Assembly: GCF_036365525.1 (NCBI RefSeq)
Contig: NC_090398.1
Location: 65,270,369-65,334,368, forward strand
Length of the DNA stretch: 64,000 bases
Direction of reading: 5' to 3'
Source of the DNA: Heterodontus francisci
Taxonomy: Eukaryota
The translations under genes were made by a program, and so were the position numbers. Under the pieces are notes generated by a model. The model worked only from the letters and a program-made list of their open reading frames with translations. It was not told the DNA's origin and ran no database searches. Positions 40,182-52,304 of this stretch are shown here, piece by piece; the first letter of the stretch is position 1; every line of letters starts with the position of its first letter.

Positions 40182-40895
40182 TCATTTGATAGGGGGATCA
40201 GCTCTTTCCTGAGAGATGTGAGTGGCTCTGAAAAGAGCCTTTGGGTTCAGATGTCTGCAAGTTTCCCGTGCAGTTTCACTTCTTTCCAGGGGCTGCTTTC
40301 TGAGCCTTTGCTGCTTTCGGCTTGGTCTTGCCCCTTGATGATTGAACTTTCTTGAGCACCTTTCCGCACTCTTGGGTTTTTTGGCCTTCTTCACAGGAGA
40401 CTTTTTCGGAAGCGCTGCTTTCTTCGCTGGGGATTTCTTTGCTACTAGTTTCTTGACTGGTAATTTATTGGCTGCTGATTTCTTTGCTGTCACTTTCTTG
40501 CCAGCTGTTTTCTTCACGAAAGTTTTTTTGCCTGCTCCTGACTTCACTTTCTTTCCCACATTTCCCTTGGTTCCCTGCTTAGGGATTCTGAAGGAGCCGG
40601 AGGCGCCCGTTCCACTGCTCAGCACCAGGGAGCCTTTGTTCACATTCCTCCTGATACTTTGCTTGATTTGGGTCCTGTACTTCCCCACATCCACACCGCT
40701 CCGACCCAGAGCATTCTTTATGGCGGGCAGTGAGGTCCCCTTGCGATCGGAGCAATCCGCCACAATCTTGAGGATCTTCTCGCTCAACGTGGGACCGGCT
40801 GACTTGTTCCGGGCAGCCGCTTTCTTCTTCTTGGGAGTCTTGACTTCAGCGGCGGCGGCTGGAGGAGCCGTTTCGGCGCCTGCTGTATCGGTCAT
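40182..40895 (-). pseudogene. H1: Histone H1-like with a C-terminal frameshift
   Basis: MTDTAGAETAPPAAAAEVKTPKKK, globular domain ending GTGASGSFRI, K-rich tail; a 7-bp deletion at ~40367 bypasses the ancestral TGA (40276-40278); stem-loop at 40224-40239 lies inside the extended ORF. Confidence 0.88.
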
Positions 40896-41449
40896 GTCCG
40901 GGACTCTGCACAAATTCTCTCTGTCAGTCAGAACTGGGTCAGAAATGAAGCCGGTGGTGGCAGCACAGAGCAACTTAAAGGCAGTGAGCGGACGGGGGCG
41001 GAGACAACCTGCTGTTTCTCTCTGGTCCTAAACTCTCCAATTCCACTGAAATTCGGGTACTGCAGAGTCCCAGACTAGATCCTTCCTGTCTCTGACATCA
41101 GAATGCTTGCTGTCGAAAAGTTTGTACTTGAAGTAAAGACTCCATTTTTGACTGAAACCCGTTTTATTGCTGCACTGATGGCGCTCTCTCCCCCGATCGC
41201 TGACATGTTCTCCACTTTTGGACTGAAATCTTGAAATCAACAAAGAAACTTAACTGAATTCCCACTTTGGGGATGAGAAGGGGAGAAATGTGCTTCTTTG
41301 ACTGGAAAATCTTTTTATTTTACACAAGAGGGACTCGGACTCGGACCCACAAACACAGTGACATTAGAATAACCCGTCAGCACCTTTAAACACTCTCTCC
41401 TACACAATATTCACATCTACACATTTTCATGTCGAACTGTTCGCTAAAT

Positions 41450-42510
41450 GTAGAGTTCCCAGGACAGGTTTTGATCTCTCTGCTGAGGTCAATAGACCCT
41501 TCAGCTCCACTCTATCCAGGCCGTTCAACATTTTATACATTTCAATCAGATCTCCCGTCAGCCTTCTCTGTTCCAAGGAGAACAACCACAGTCTTTCCAA
41601 TCTTTCCTCATAGCTGCATTTTTCAGTCCCAGCAACATCCTCGTAAATCTCCTCTGTCCCCTCTCTGGTGCAGTTACATCCTTTCTGTAATGAGGTGACC
41701 AGAACTGCACACAGGACTCAAGTTGTGGCCTAACCAATGATGATAAAGTTCCAGCATAACCTTCCTCCTCATATATTCTATACCTCGGCTAATAAAGGCA
41801 TGGATTCCATATGTCTTCTTAACCATATTACCGCACTGCCCTGTCACCTTCAGGGATCTGTGGACATTTATTCCAAGGTCCCTCACCTCCTCTGCACCTC
41901 TCAGTATTTTCTCATTAATCGTGTATTCCTTTGCATTGTTTGACCTCCCCAAGTGCATCACGTCACACTTCTCCGGGTTGAATTCTATGCACCACTTTTC
42001 TGCCCTTCTGATCTGACCATAAACATCTTCCTCCAGTCCACAGCAATCCTCCTCTCTATCTACCACACGGCCAATATTGGTGTCGTCTGTAAACTTCTTG
42101 ATCGTGTCCCTCAACATTTATGTCCAACCTGTTCATATAGATCATCAAAAAAACAGGGGACCCATTACTGAGCCCTGGGGAAAACCACTGGAAACAGCCC
42201 TCCAGTCTCAAAAGCAGCCGTCAACAATTACTCTGCGTTTCCTTCCACTGAGGCAATTTTGCATCCACCTTGCTGCATTTCCCTGTATCCCATTAAATTT
42301 TATTTTATAAAGAGTCTGCATTTTGGGGCCCTGTCAAAAGCTAAAATTCATGTAGAATCCATCAACTGCTCTACCCTGATCTATCATCCTTTTAAAAATT
42401 CAATTCAGTTGGTATGTGCCTTTCTAAGTGACAGTTTATCTTGTCTCAGAATAGATTTCAATAATTTACCCACTGCTGAGGTTAGACTGACTGGCCTGTA
42501 ATTATTGAGT
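41450..42510 (-). mobile_element. CR1 ORF2 (RT) fragment
   Basis: ORF 41674..42117 (KFTDDT, EKW.IEFNPEKC.VMHLGRSN); paralog at ~60510-61560 (+). Confidence 0.88.
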
Positions 42511-42849
42511 TTTAGGCTGAACTGTAAGATTCGTTTTATCTCGAAAGATCCGCCTGGGGAAACAGACGCTACAATCTGATTAAATTGATCTCTGACTGCA
42601 ACTATCAGATATTAACTCCTGCCCCATTCCGGCAAACACATCGACTCCCTCGGAGGATCACTTTGAGAATTCGAGCTAATGAACAGCAAACATAGTGCAG
42701 AGAATGATCTCAAGTTGAGCTTGGTAAAGGGGTCATCTCCCAGCTGGAATCCTTCTCTAATCTTGCCCACAGTCCCGGTTCCATTGCTCAAAATCAGATA
42801 AAACTGAACTGGAGAAAGTTCCGATTGATTTTTGTTTTTCAAGCTGTTG

Positions 42850-43280
42850 CCGAATGAAGCGCATGCGCGGTACAGCCCCGCCTCCACCGGTGATTGTGAA
42901 TGAGCGAACGAGCGCATGCGCGCTCCCCTATTCCAGCAAATCTGTTGAACGCCATTTACTCAGTGAGCGGGAAGAGTTTGTTTTTAACAGAGGGAATGGA
43001 GATATTGCAGCCTAGGGGTAAGGCAGTAAACAGCAATCTGCTTCCAGCAGCACATTGCTTTGGGATCCTGTCCGCAGTCTGGACCAGAGATCTCCATTGA
43101 CTCCGAGGCAAGTTCAGGGGGCGTCGCGGGCTGTTTGTGAGAGGCAGTGTGGAGGATGAACTGATCCCGGAACATGGAGTGAGCGGCGGAATGGAGAGGC
43201 CTTTCTCGGCCTGTGTGTGCACTAGGTAAGTGAGACAGAACGTGAATAAGCTGCTGTTGAAAATCTTTGCTGTTTCCCGC
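42850..43280 (+). promoter_or_regulatory. CpG promoter + first exon of an unidentified gene
   Basis: GCGCATGCGC twice (NRF1-type), GC box, GCGGGAAG; strong donor AG|GTAAGT at 43226; paralog at 59550-59990 (-). Confidence 0.6.
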
Positions 43281-43349
43281 CTCAGTTCTGTAATACATGT
43301 TCGTGGTTTAACTCCTGTTTCACGCTGTTTACTGTGAGTGTACCTTTCA

Positions 43350-43455
43350 AGAGTTCACCTGCCTCGGCTCAACTATCACCAGTAACCTGTCTGTAGATGC
43401 AGAAATCAACAAGCGCATGGGTAAGGCTTCCACTGCAATGTCCAGACTGGCCAAA
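43350..43455 (+). mobile_element. RTE-clade LINE RT fragment
   Basis: Translates as EFTCLGSTITSNLSVDAEINKRMGKASTAMSRLAK, the RTE/BovB-type FxYLGS...EIxxRIxKA motif. Confidence 0.75.
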
Positions 43456-43735
43456 CCTGATCTGCACAAACATCACTCAGGTAATCGCAATCTTGGAAGA
43501 GTGCAGATGTTGCCTTGTTTCTGGATGTCACTAAATTGTTGTAAATCGGTTAAAACACCTGGTCAGCAGATGCTGAGATCTGCAGTGAAATCAGACACTG
43601 ACATTCTTTGTATTTCTGGTGAGTATTTGTGGTTAGTAATAATGATTATTAATTTAAATGTTACATTAATCTCTTTTCTAGCTTCCACCTCAACTGATCT
43701 TCTGTTACAAGATATATTGTTCTTCCTTTCTGTCG

Positions 43736-43819
43736 GCAAATACTTCCAGGGAACAGAATGAATGTGATGATTCCCAGGCACAAGGAAATGTGCAGTCAGC
43801 TCCTTGCAACACAGAGTAG
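43736..43819 (+). other. Candidate 84-nt exon (copy B; acceptor AG mutated to CG, alternative AG at 43681)
   Basis: Homologous to 14738-14821 and 58776-58859; unspliced read-through gives the 92-aa ORF 43758..44036. Confidence 0.45.
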
Positions 43820-44114
43820 GTTTGTTATCACTCCCAGAGGCCATCAGTTAATTCCAGATTCACATGGAGCAGAAATAGTCAAACTCTCACTGATCTCAAG
43901 TTCAGAGACACATTTTCAATCCAGCAATCAAACAAAGCAGAAGAGACAGACATTGTTTCGAATCCATTCCAATTCTGTACTGCTGCAAGTTAGGTGCCTC
44001 AATCTCAATTCAAAAGCAAACCCACGATCAAATTGAAAGACACTATATCAATCTCACAAGAGGGACACATCCTGGAGACAGTAAGATAGAGAGTAAATCT
44101 CACCCTCACATACC

Positions 44115-44622
44115 TGAAACTGTGTGCAGTTCTGGTCACCTAATTACAGAAAGGATGTAACTGGACTGGAGTGTGTACAGAGGAGATTTATTTGGATGTT
44201 GCCAGGGCTGGAAAAATGCAGCTGTGTGGAAAGATTGGATAGGCTGCGGTTTTTCTCTTTGGAACAATGAAGGCTGAGGGGAGATCTGATTGAAATCTAT
44301 AGAATTTTGAGGGACCTGGACTGTGTGGAGGTGAAGGGTCTATTCACATTAACAGAGAGGTCAGTGATGAAGGCCAGAGATTTAAAGTGATTGGTAGAAA
44401 AATTAGAGGGGAGATGAGGGAAAGAAAATCACCCAGAGGGTGTTGGGGGTCTGGAACTCACTGCCTGAAAGGAAAGTTGAGGCAGGAACCCTCAACTAAT
44501 TCAGAAGTACTCTGGCTAGGCACCTCAAATGCATTCAACTGCAGGGTTCCAGACCAAATCCTGGAAGGTTGGATTAGAATAAGTGGCCTCTATCCGTGCC
44601 TTAGACTTTCTATGATTCTATG
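44115..44622 (+). mobile_element. CR1 3' fragment
   Basis: TGTGTGCAGTTCTGGTCACC...AGGCTGAGGGGAGATCTGATT..., ending TTCTATGATTCTATG. Confidence 0.8.
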
Positions 44623-47600
44623 GAACTGATGATTAAAAGAAAATAAACACATTCCTATACTGTAAACAGACAGACACAGAGTGAAATTCACATTTACAAA
44701 TTATTAAAGAGTTAAAGTAAAGATTAAAACCTCCAGCCACAGAAGGGAGACTGACAGCTCCAGAGAAGAAAATAAAACCACTCACATGCAAGAGACTGTC
44801 AGATAGAGTATAACACCAGAGTCACCTAACAGTGACAGACAGTTACCACGTAAAACACATGGACACATACCAGAGACTAAGAGGGACAAAGGAAAATCAA
44901 TTCTCCAATAAGAGAAATTGAATGAGAGGAATAACACACATACATGTGTAGTAGACATTGATAGCTGCAGAACAAAAGAAAATGTGCACACACACCTATC
45001 AGGAACTGTAAGCTGCAGATTAAAACACACAGACCAAAAATAGAAAGGTTCAGAGAAAAGCCCCATATCACAGACTCGAGTTTGAAAGATACAGAATAAA
45101 CCCACACTGTTATATATTAACTTTACAGGTGCAGCTTAACAGTGACACTCACATACCAGAAACGAACTGGTGCAAAGTAAAACTCACTCAAGTAACAGAA
45201 ACTGACAGGTAAAGATCAAAAACCATAATTATATACAGAAAATGGCAGGTATAGAATAAAATAACAATCACATATTGGAAGTTGGCAGGTGGGGGGGGGG
45301 GGGGGCGGGGCGGGAACACCTTCATGTTCCATAAACTGACAGGTACAGAATAAAATAAATATTCATATACTATCAATGGACAGGTGCAGATTTAACCCCT
45401 CATTCAATTAACAGAAGCTGAAAGGTGCTCACTCAAATTCCAAAAGTGAAAGTAACAGAATAAACCCACATTCACACACCAGATACTGACAGGAACAGAA
45501 CCCACATTCCATTCACAGAAACAGATAGGGACAGAACAAAGGCCACAATCACATACCAGAAACTGACAGGGAAAGATAAAAACCTTCACAAATTTCAGAA
45601 AGTAACAGGTGCAGGATAACTGCCTCCCTCACATATGAGAAACTGACAGTGACAGGTTGATACCCAGACTCTCATACTAGAAAATAACAGGTAAAGATTA
45701 AAATCTACATATACATATCAGAAAATAGCAAATGCAGTATAAAAGCCACACTCAACGAGCAGAGACTGACAGACACAGAGTGAAATCCACAGTGAATTCC
45801 AAGAAATTTACTGTTAGAGAGTGAAAATCTCTCATCCATAACTGACAGACACAAAGAAAACCCAACACTTGCACTTCACAATCTGACAGATGCAGAATAA
45901 AACACACACATAATTAAGAAGATTTATAAACCAGATACTGACAGAGACAGACTAAAACTCAATGTCACATAACATAAACTGACAGATGCAGAATAAATTC
46001 TGCAGTCACAGACCAGAGAATGAAATGTACAAAGTAAACCTCACAGACACATGTCAGAAATTGCCATGTACAGATTAAAAATCACACAAACATTCTGGAG
46101 AATGTAGACATGTGGTGTACAATCCAGACTCTAAAGCCAGACTGAAAATCGTACTTGTATACCAGAACATGACATAGACAGGTTAAAAACCATAAGTGCA
46201 CATTAGAAATTTAAATGCACAGGTTAAAACTTAAATTTACAAACCAGACAATCAAAGATAAAGAGTGAACACCACTCATATACAAGAAAGTGTTCGATTA
46301 ACAGTCAAACCCACATTCACATGCAATAAACTGAGGGGCACAAGTTCAAGAAACACAAACAAACATCAGAAACTGAAAGATACAGAATAAGATGTTTCTC
46401 ACATAAAACAAAGTGACAGATACAGATAAACCCACACTCAAAATCAGAAACTGACAGAGATAAACTGTAGACTAGGGATTGAGAGAGAAAGAGTGAAACT
46501 TACACCCGTGTCCAAGAAACTGAATAATACAGCAAAAGAAGTGAAAAAAAACACTCACGCACGATAAAAGAATAAAACTGCACTAACACACCAGAAACTG
46601 ACAGGCATGAAGCAAACCCCCGTGCCACCCCCACCCCCTCCCCCCGCACCCAATACAGAAAAACACAACAGAAACTGACAGCCATGAAATAAAAGCTACA
46701 CACACATACCAGAAAGTGACAAGTACAGTTCCATACTAAAAAATACAAGGAAACAAGATAAAAACCAACACTCACGATTCTGAGTTAGACTGAGGTAGAG
46801 CAAAATCTTGATGCACATACCAGAGACTGACTGGTACAGATATAAAACTCAATCAATAAGAAAGTGTGAGGTGCAGAGTAAACCCCACAAATGGGGATCA
46901 GAATGAAACTGGTACAGAGTAAAATTCAAACCAACTTTTCAGAAACAGACAGGTAACAAGAAGAAAGAAAGACACAACCTCAAAGACCAGAGTATGAGGG
47001 TTACAGAGTAAAACCCATGCTCGTTAATCAGGAATTGCCATGTGCAGAATTAAAAACCTCGCATTCACACTAGAAACTTACAGGTACAAAGGAAATCCCA
47101 CACTCACACTTCAGAGACTGACAAATATTCAGAAAAAATACCGTTTTAACATAGACTGACAGGAACAGAATTAAGCACACCATCAAGATAAACAAATGGC
47201 AGATTCAGCATAAATCACAAATTCCCATTGCAGGGATTGACATGCACAGAGTAAAATGAACACCTATTCCGCAGAAATTAACAATCACCCTTTAAAAGTA
47301 CAGTCACAGAATAGAAACTGTCCGTTCAAGGTCGAAGCAGATTCACAGAACAAATTGAAATATACAATGTGAACCTCCTACTCAAACACCAGAAGCTAAT
47401 AGGTACACAGTAAAACTGATAATGACATACCAGACACAGACAGACAGAAAAAAGCCAATATCACGTAGCAGAATCTGACAAGTACAGAATAAAATGTATA
47501 GTAGCATATCAGATATTGACAGGAAAAGCACTACCATAAAGCAACAAGTACAGAATAATGGCCATACTGACAAGTGTGATATTGATAGGTACAGGGAAAA

Positions 47601-47959
47601 CTTTACACTCACCAGAGACATGCAGAAACAGAATAAAACCCACATACAGATAAAGTAACTCAGAGGTACATAGTAAAATCCACATTCACATGCCAGAAAC
47701 AGACAGGGAAAGTAAAACATATCCTCACAAATCATGCACAGACAAGTACAGAGTAATAGCGGCATTCACATTACAGAGACTGACAGATGCAGGGTAAAAT
47801 CCACAATCAATTACCACAAACAAAAAGGTACAGAATAAAACAGATATTTGCTTTGCAGTAAATGACAACATGCTGGGTAAAATCCACATTCCCATATCAG
47901 AAATGAAACGGTGAAGAGTGATCCCACATTCACTCACCAGAATAAAGAAGGTACAGTGT

Positions 47960-48170
47960 AAATGAAAGCAGAAAATGCTGGAAATACTCTGCAAGTCTGG
48001 CAGCACCTGTGGAGAGAGGGAGACAGTTAAAATTTCAGAACAATGATGAACGGCTATTGACCTGAAAGGTTAACTCTGTTTCTGTCTCCACAGATGTTGG
48101 CAGGCCTGCTGAGTGTTTTACATCATTTTCTGTTTTTTAATTTCCAGCATTCACAGTATTTTGCTTTGTA
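47960..48170. mobile_element. Penelope-like terminal fragments, inverted pair
   Basis: Same motif family, more diverged. Confidence 0.55.
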
Positions 48171-48649
48171 TTATGTTCAATGTAAAGAGCTTTCTGCTAC
48201 TCCAGAAATTTACAAGTACAAAACAATGCTCATTCTCACATAACAGATAGTGAGACATTCAAACCAAAACCACTGTTCACTTCAGCAGAAACTGACAGGT
48301 ACATTACAAAACCAACACTTACATACCAGAAGCTGATAGATGCATAATAAAACCCACACTCACATCAGAAGTTGGCAGGTACAGTGGAAACCCTATATGT
48401 GTTTATCAGATACAGAGAAAAACCCACAGTCACATTCCACATTCTGAGATAAAGAATAAATCCCTCCCTCTCATACTATACAAAGAGGGACAGATAGTTG
48501 GACAGATCTAGATGTGTAAGAGTTTCTTCATTGTTTTTTAAATATAAACAAACAGATCCTGTCTTTCAGACTGACAGATGGAGAATGACTTCCACACTCA
48601 TACTGTACCAGTGATGAACAGACACAGAACGAATGTTATTCATATACAC

Positions 48650-49285
48650 ACCTTTATGATTATTTGTAGTGTATGTTTATGGGATGTGAGCATCTCCAGG
48701 AAGGCCAGTAATAGTTGTCCATCCCTCATTGCCATTTAGAAGATGGTGTCTTGTGGCCTTCTTGCTCCCTCCAGTATTTGTAGTGTAGGTACACCCAAAG
48801 TGGTGTTAGGCAGGGAGTTGCAGAATTTGGACTGAGTGATGATGCAGGAGTGGTGTTATTTTTCCAAGCCAGGATGACATATGAACTGGTGATGTAATTG
48901 CAGGTTGTCATGTTCTCATACGTTTCCTGCCCATGTTCTACTTTGTAGCAGATGTCGTGGGTTTGGCAGGTGCTGTTTCATGGTGCTTCCTCTGGTTGAT
49001 GCAGTACGTCTTGTAGATGGTACACACTGTGCACTGGTGGTGGAGGGAGTAAATGGTTAAGCTGGTGAATGGTAAGCCAATCAAGCCTACTGCTTTGTCC
49101 TGGATGGTATAGGGTTTCTTGAGTATTGTTAGAGGTGCATACATCCAGGCAAGTGGGGAGTAATCCATCAGACTTCTGACTTGTGGCTTGTCAGTGGTGG
49201 AAAGTCTTTAAGGAGTTTGGACGTGAGTTACTAACCACAGAGTTTCCGGCTTTTGAGCAGCTCTGGAAGCCATAGTGGTAATATG
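48650..49285 (-). mobile_element. LINE 3' fragment (CR1/L2-group)
   Basis: ORF 48938..49168 MDYSPLAW...TIQDKAVGLIG...SLHHQ resembles a LINE ORF2 C-terminus. Confidence 0.6.
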
Positions 49286-51237
49286 GCAGGAAAAGTGTAA
49301 ATCCTGCAGTCATTTCCCATAAAGTAACATGCACAGAATAATGGGCATATGAAACAAGATAATGACAGGCCGAGGACACAAGCCACAATCACTAATCATA
49401 GGCTTGTGGATACAGAATAAAACCCACAATCACATACCAGTAACTGAGAGATGCATCGTAAAATCCACATTCATGTGTCAGGAACAGAAAGGGAAAGTAA
49501 AAACACTTGCTGACAAATCTGACGCAGACAGACACAGAGTAATAGCAACATTCACATTCCAGAGACTGACAGATATAGAGCAAAAGCTCCAATCAATTAC
49601 AAGAAACAAACAGGTACAGAATAAAATACTTACTTGCTTTGTAGTAACTGACAGATACAGAATAAAATCCACATTCACATATCAGAAACTGACAGGTGAA
49701 GAGTAAAAGACACAGTAACATGTCACAAACTGACAGATACATGGTGATCTCACATTCACTTGTCAGAATATAAAAGGTAAAGAATAAAATTATTTCTTCC
49801 AGACCAGAAACTGAGAGGCACAGAATAAAGGAGCGCCTTTTATTGCAGTAACTGACCAGAACAGAGGAAAATCCATATTCACATGTCAGAAACTGACAGG
49901 AACAGAAAGAACACACACTCACATACCAGAAATTGGCACACAGAATAAAATTCACACGCGCATTTCAGAAATTAACTTTACAGATGAAAATCCACAATCA
50001 TACAGCAGAAAGTGAGATGTACAATTAAACCCAGCTTCTGACACGTGAGGCTAACACACACAGAGTAAAAACAATGCTCATGTCACGTACCAGAAACAGG
50101 CAGATGCAGATCACAACCCACACTCACATATCAGATACTGGCAGTTACCGTGTAAAATAACTCTTAATGATCACTGACAGGGATATGATACACTCCACAT
50201 TCATTCATCAGAAAATTACAGATACAGATAATAAACAGTACTTACATAAAACAGATTGGCAGGAACAGGTTAAAACATACCATCATATATAGATGTCTGA
50301 TAGGTACAGAATACAGTCGAGGCCTCCAAACCAGAGACTGACATGTCGAGTGAAAACTAGACTCACCTGTCATCAATTAACATGTGCAGTGTGAAGCTAT
50401 ACAAACATATTACTGACTAACAAGTACAGAGGCAAAATCAAACAACCTTCCATAGCAGAAACTGACAGGTACAGATTAAACTCCAAATTCACATATCGGA
50501 CACTAACAAAGAGAAAGGCCCAGACTTCCATAAGTTTAGTTTCAATAATTAATAAGTACATTATTTAGAAACCCCGGTTGTGTCGGAACCCTCAGTCTCA
50601 CTCTTTAACACCTCACACTGAAAATCCACACTCCTCTTTTGTCTCCCACGAATCGGGACCAATTTATAATGCGAGATGCGTTTTTTCTAACATTGATCTG
50701 AAATGTATCCGGTTACAGAATGTTGTGAATGAGACTTTTTGCCTGCCGGTTACAGACTGTTTTAAAACAGGACAGAGAATGAAGCCGAATAGATGTCGGA
50801 TTGGAAAAGCGAAACTGGAACTTGTGAGAAAATGTGAAATAATACAATATGGGGGATATTTTTACATCCCTGTCGTAAGGCTATATGATCTATTAACGTG
50901 ATCTGTAGTGAAGCCGCTCCTTGTTTTACAAATCTGTTGGCGGGCTTTTCAAATTTGAAAAAGAAGCTGTTTGGAGTCTGCCAATCCTGAGCGGTTATTT
51001 TCCGCCCTATTAACGTGATGCCTCCGGATTGGTGAACTAAGCAACTATCTGATTGGTAACATGAACAACACAATGAGAAGCTGCACAGAGTGACCAATCA
51101 CCAGTGTCCTCACTATCATTCATCCAGAAGGGATAAGTGGACGGATTTGATCATTCTTCCTGAACTGTTTTGTAATGTAGTTTTTACAGATTTTTATGAT
51201 GAAAGATTTTTTTTTGGAGGGGGCGGGTGGGGTGTTA

Positions 51238-51520
51238 ATGTTTGGAAGAGGGGAAAACCGGTGGTAACCCTCAGTCCAAAGCCAAGTCTCACTCCTCTCA
51301 GTCTGGACTGCAGTTCCCGGTTGTTCGTGTTCACTGGCTCCCGAGAAATAGGGAACGATGCTGAGCGTGTGGGTGCCGGAGCCCCGGTCTATCTGGCTGC
51401 TGTGCTCGAGTATCTGACAGATGGAATCGTCGAACTAGCCGGCAACGCGGCCCGGGACAACAAGAAGACGCGCATCATCCCCAGACACCTCCAGCTGGCC
51501 CAAAGGCTCTTTTCAGAGCC
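51238..51520 (+). pseudogene. H2A: H2A pseudogene (5' frameshifts, 3' deletion up to the stem-loop)
   Basis: [20 protein letters not shown]...IIPRHLQLA joined directly to CAAAGGCTCTTTTCAGAGCC (stem-loop 51505-51520). Confidence 0.93.
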
Positions 51521-51777
51521 ACCCACTTTATCTGTGAAAGGGCTGGTTCCTGTCTGAGAGACACATTTGTGTTGCTATGATTCGGGATTTAGCCGCTTGC
51601 CTCTGGAGATATTTGTCAGGCATTTTAACAATTCCAGCGTTTCTGCACAAATAAAGCTTTTGTTTAGTCCTAAACTGCTCGCCCCTCCAGTAAAATGATC
51701 TGTGCACATTGGTTTCGCTGCTCTAGACCACATTTCTCTGCTGCAGAGATCGCAGCTCTTTGTTTTGCCGGTTTGGT

Positions 51778-51793
51778 GGCTCTTAAAAGAGCC
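51778..51793 (-). terminator. H3 3' stem-loop (perfect) with HDE
   Basis: Minus strand GGCTCT-TTTA-AGAGCC-ACCA...AAAGAGCTG. Confidence 0.92.
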
Positions 51794-51836
51794 GTTGTGT
51801 TATTTGATGCCAAACTCAGTTCGGGGCAGGGTGAGT

Positions 51837-52304
<468 letters not shown>

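Larger units (their letters stand above)
44640..50510. repeat. Old degenerate ~41-bp satellite array, interrupted by insertions at ~47960-48170 and ~48650-49285
   Basis: Recurrent ACAGAATAAAATCCACATTCACATACCAGAAACTGACAGGT-like units, the reverse complement of the 29075-29705 unit. Confidence 0.8.

Noticed and set aside
40896-40973. N-terminal extensions on H1 (also 62076-62153) and H2A (10178-10237, 37140-37199) in the ORF track
   Set aside because: They start at or next to the TATA box, upstream of the likely TSS, some at non-ATG codons; the canonical Met is downstream
45289-45313. G-runs (also 30374-30395) as G-quadruplex elements
   Set aside because: Simple homopolymer expansions not conserved in paralogs
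44782-49955. Many Cys/Phe/Val-rich minus-strand ORFs
   Set aside because: Low-complexity translations of the degenerate 41-bp satellite
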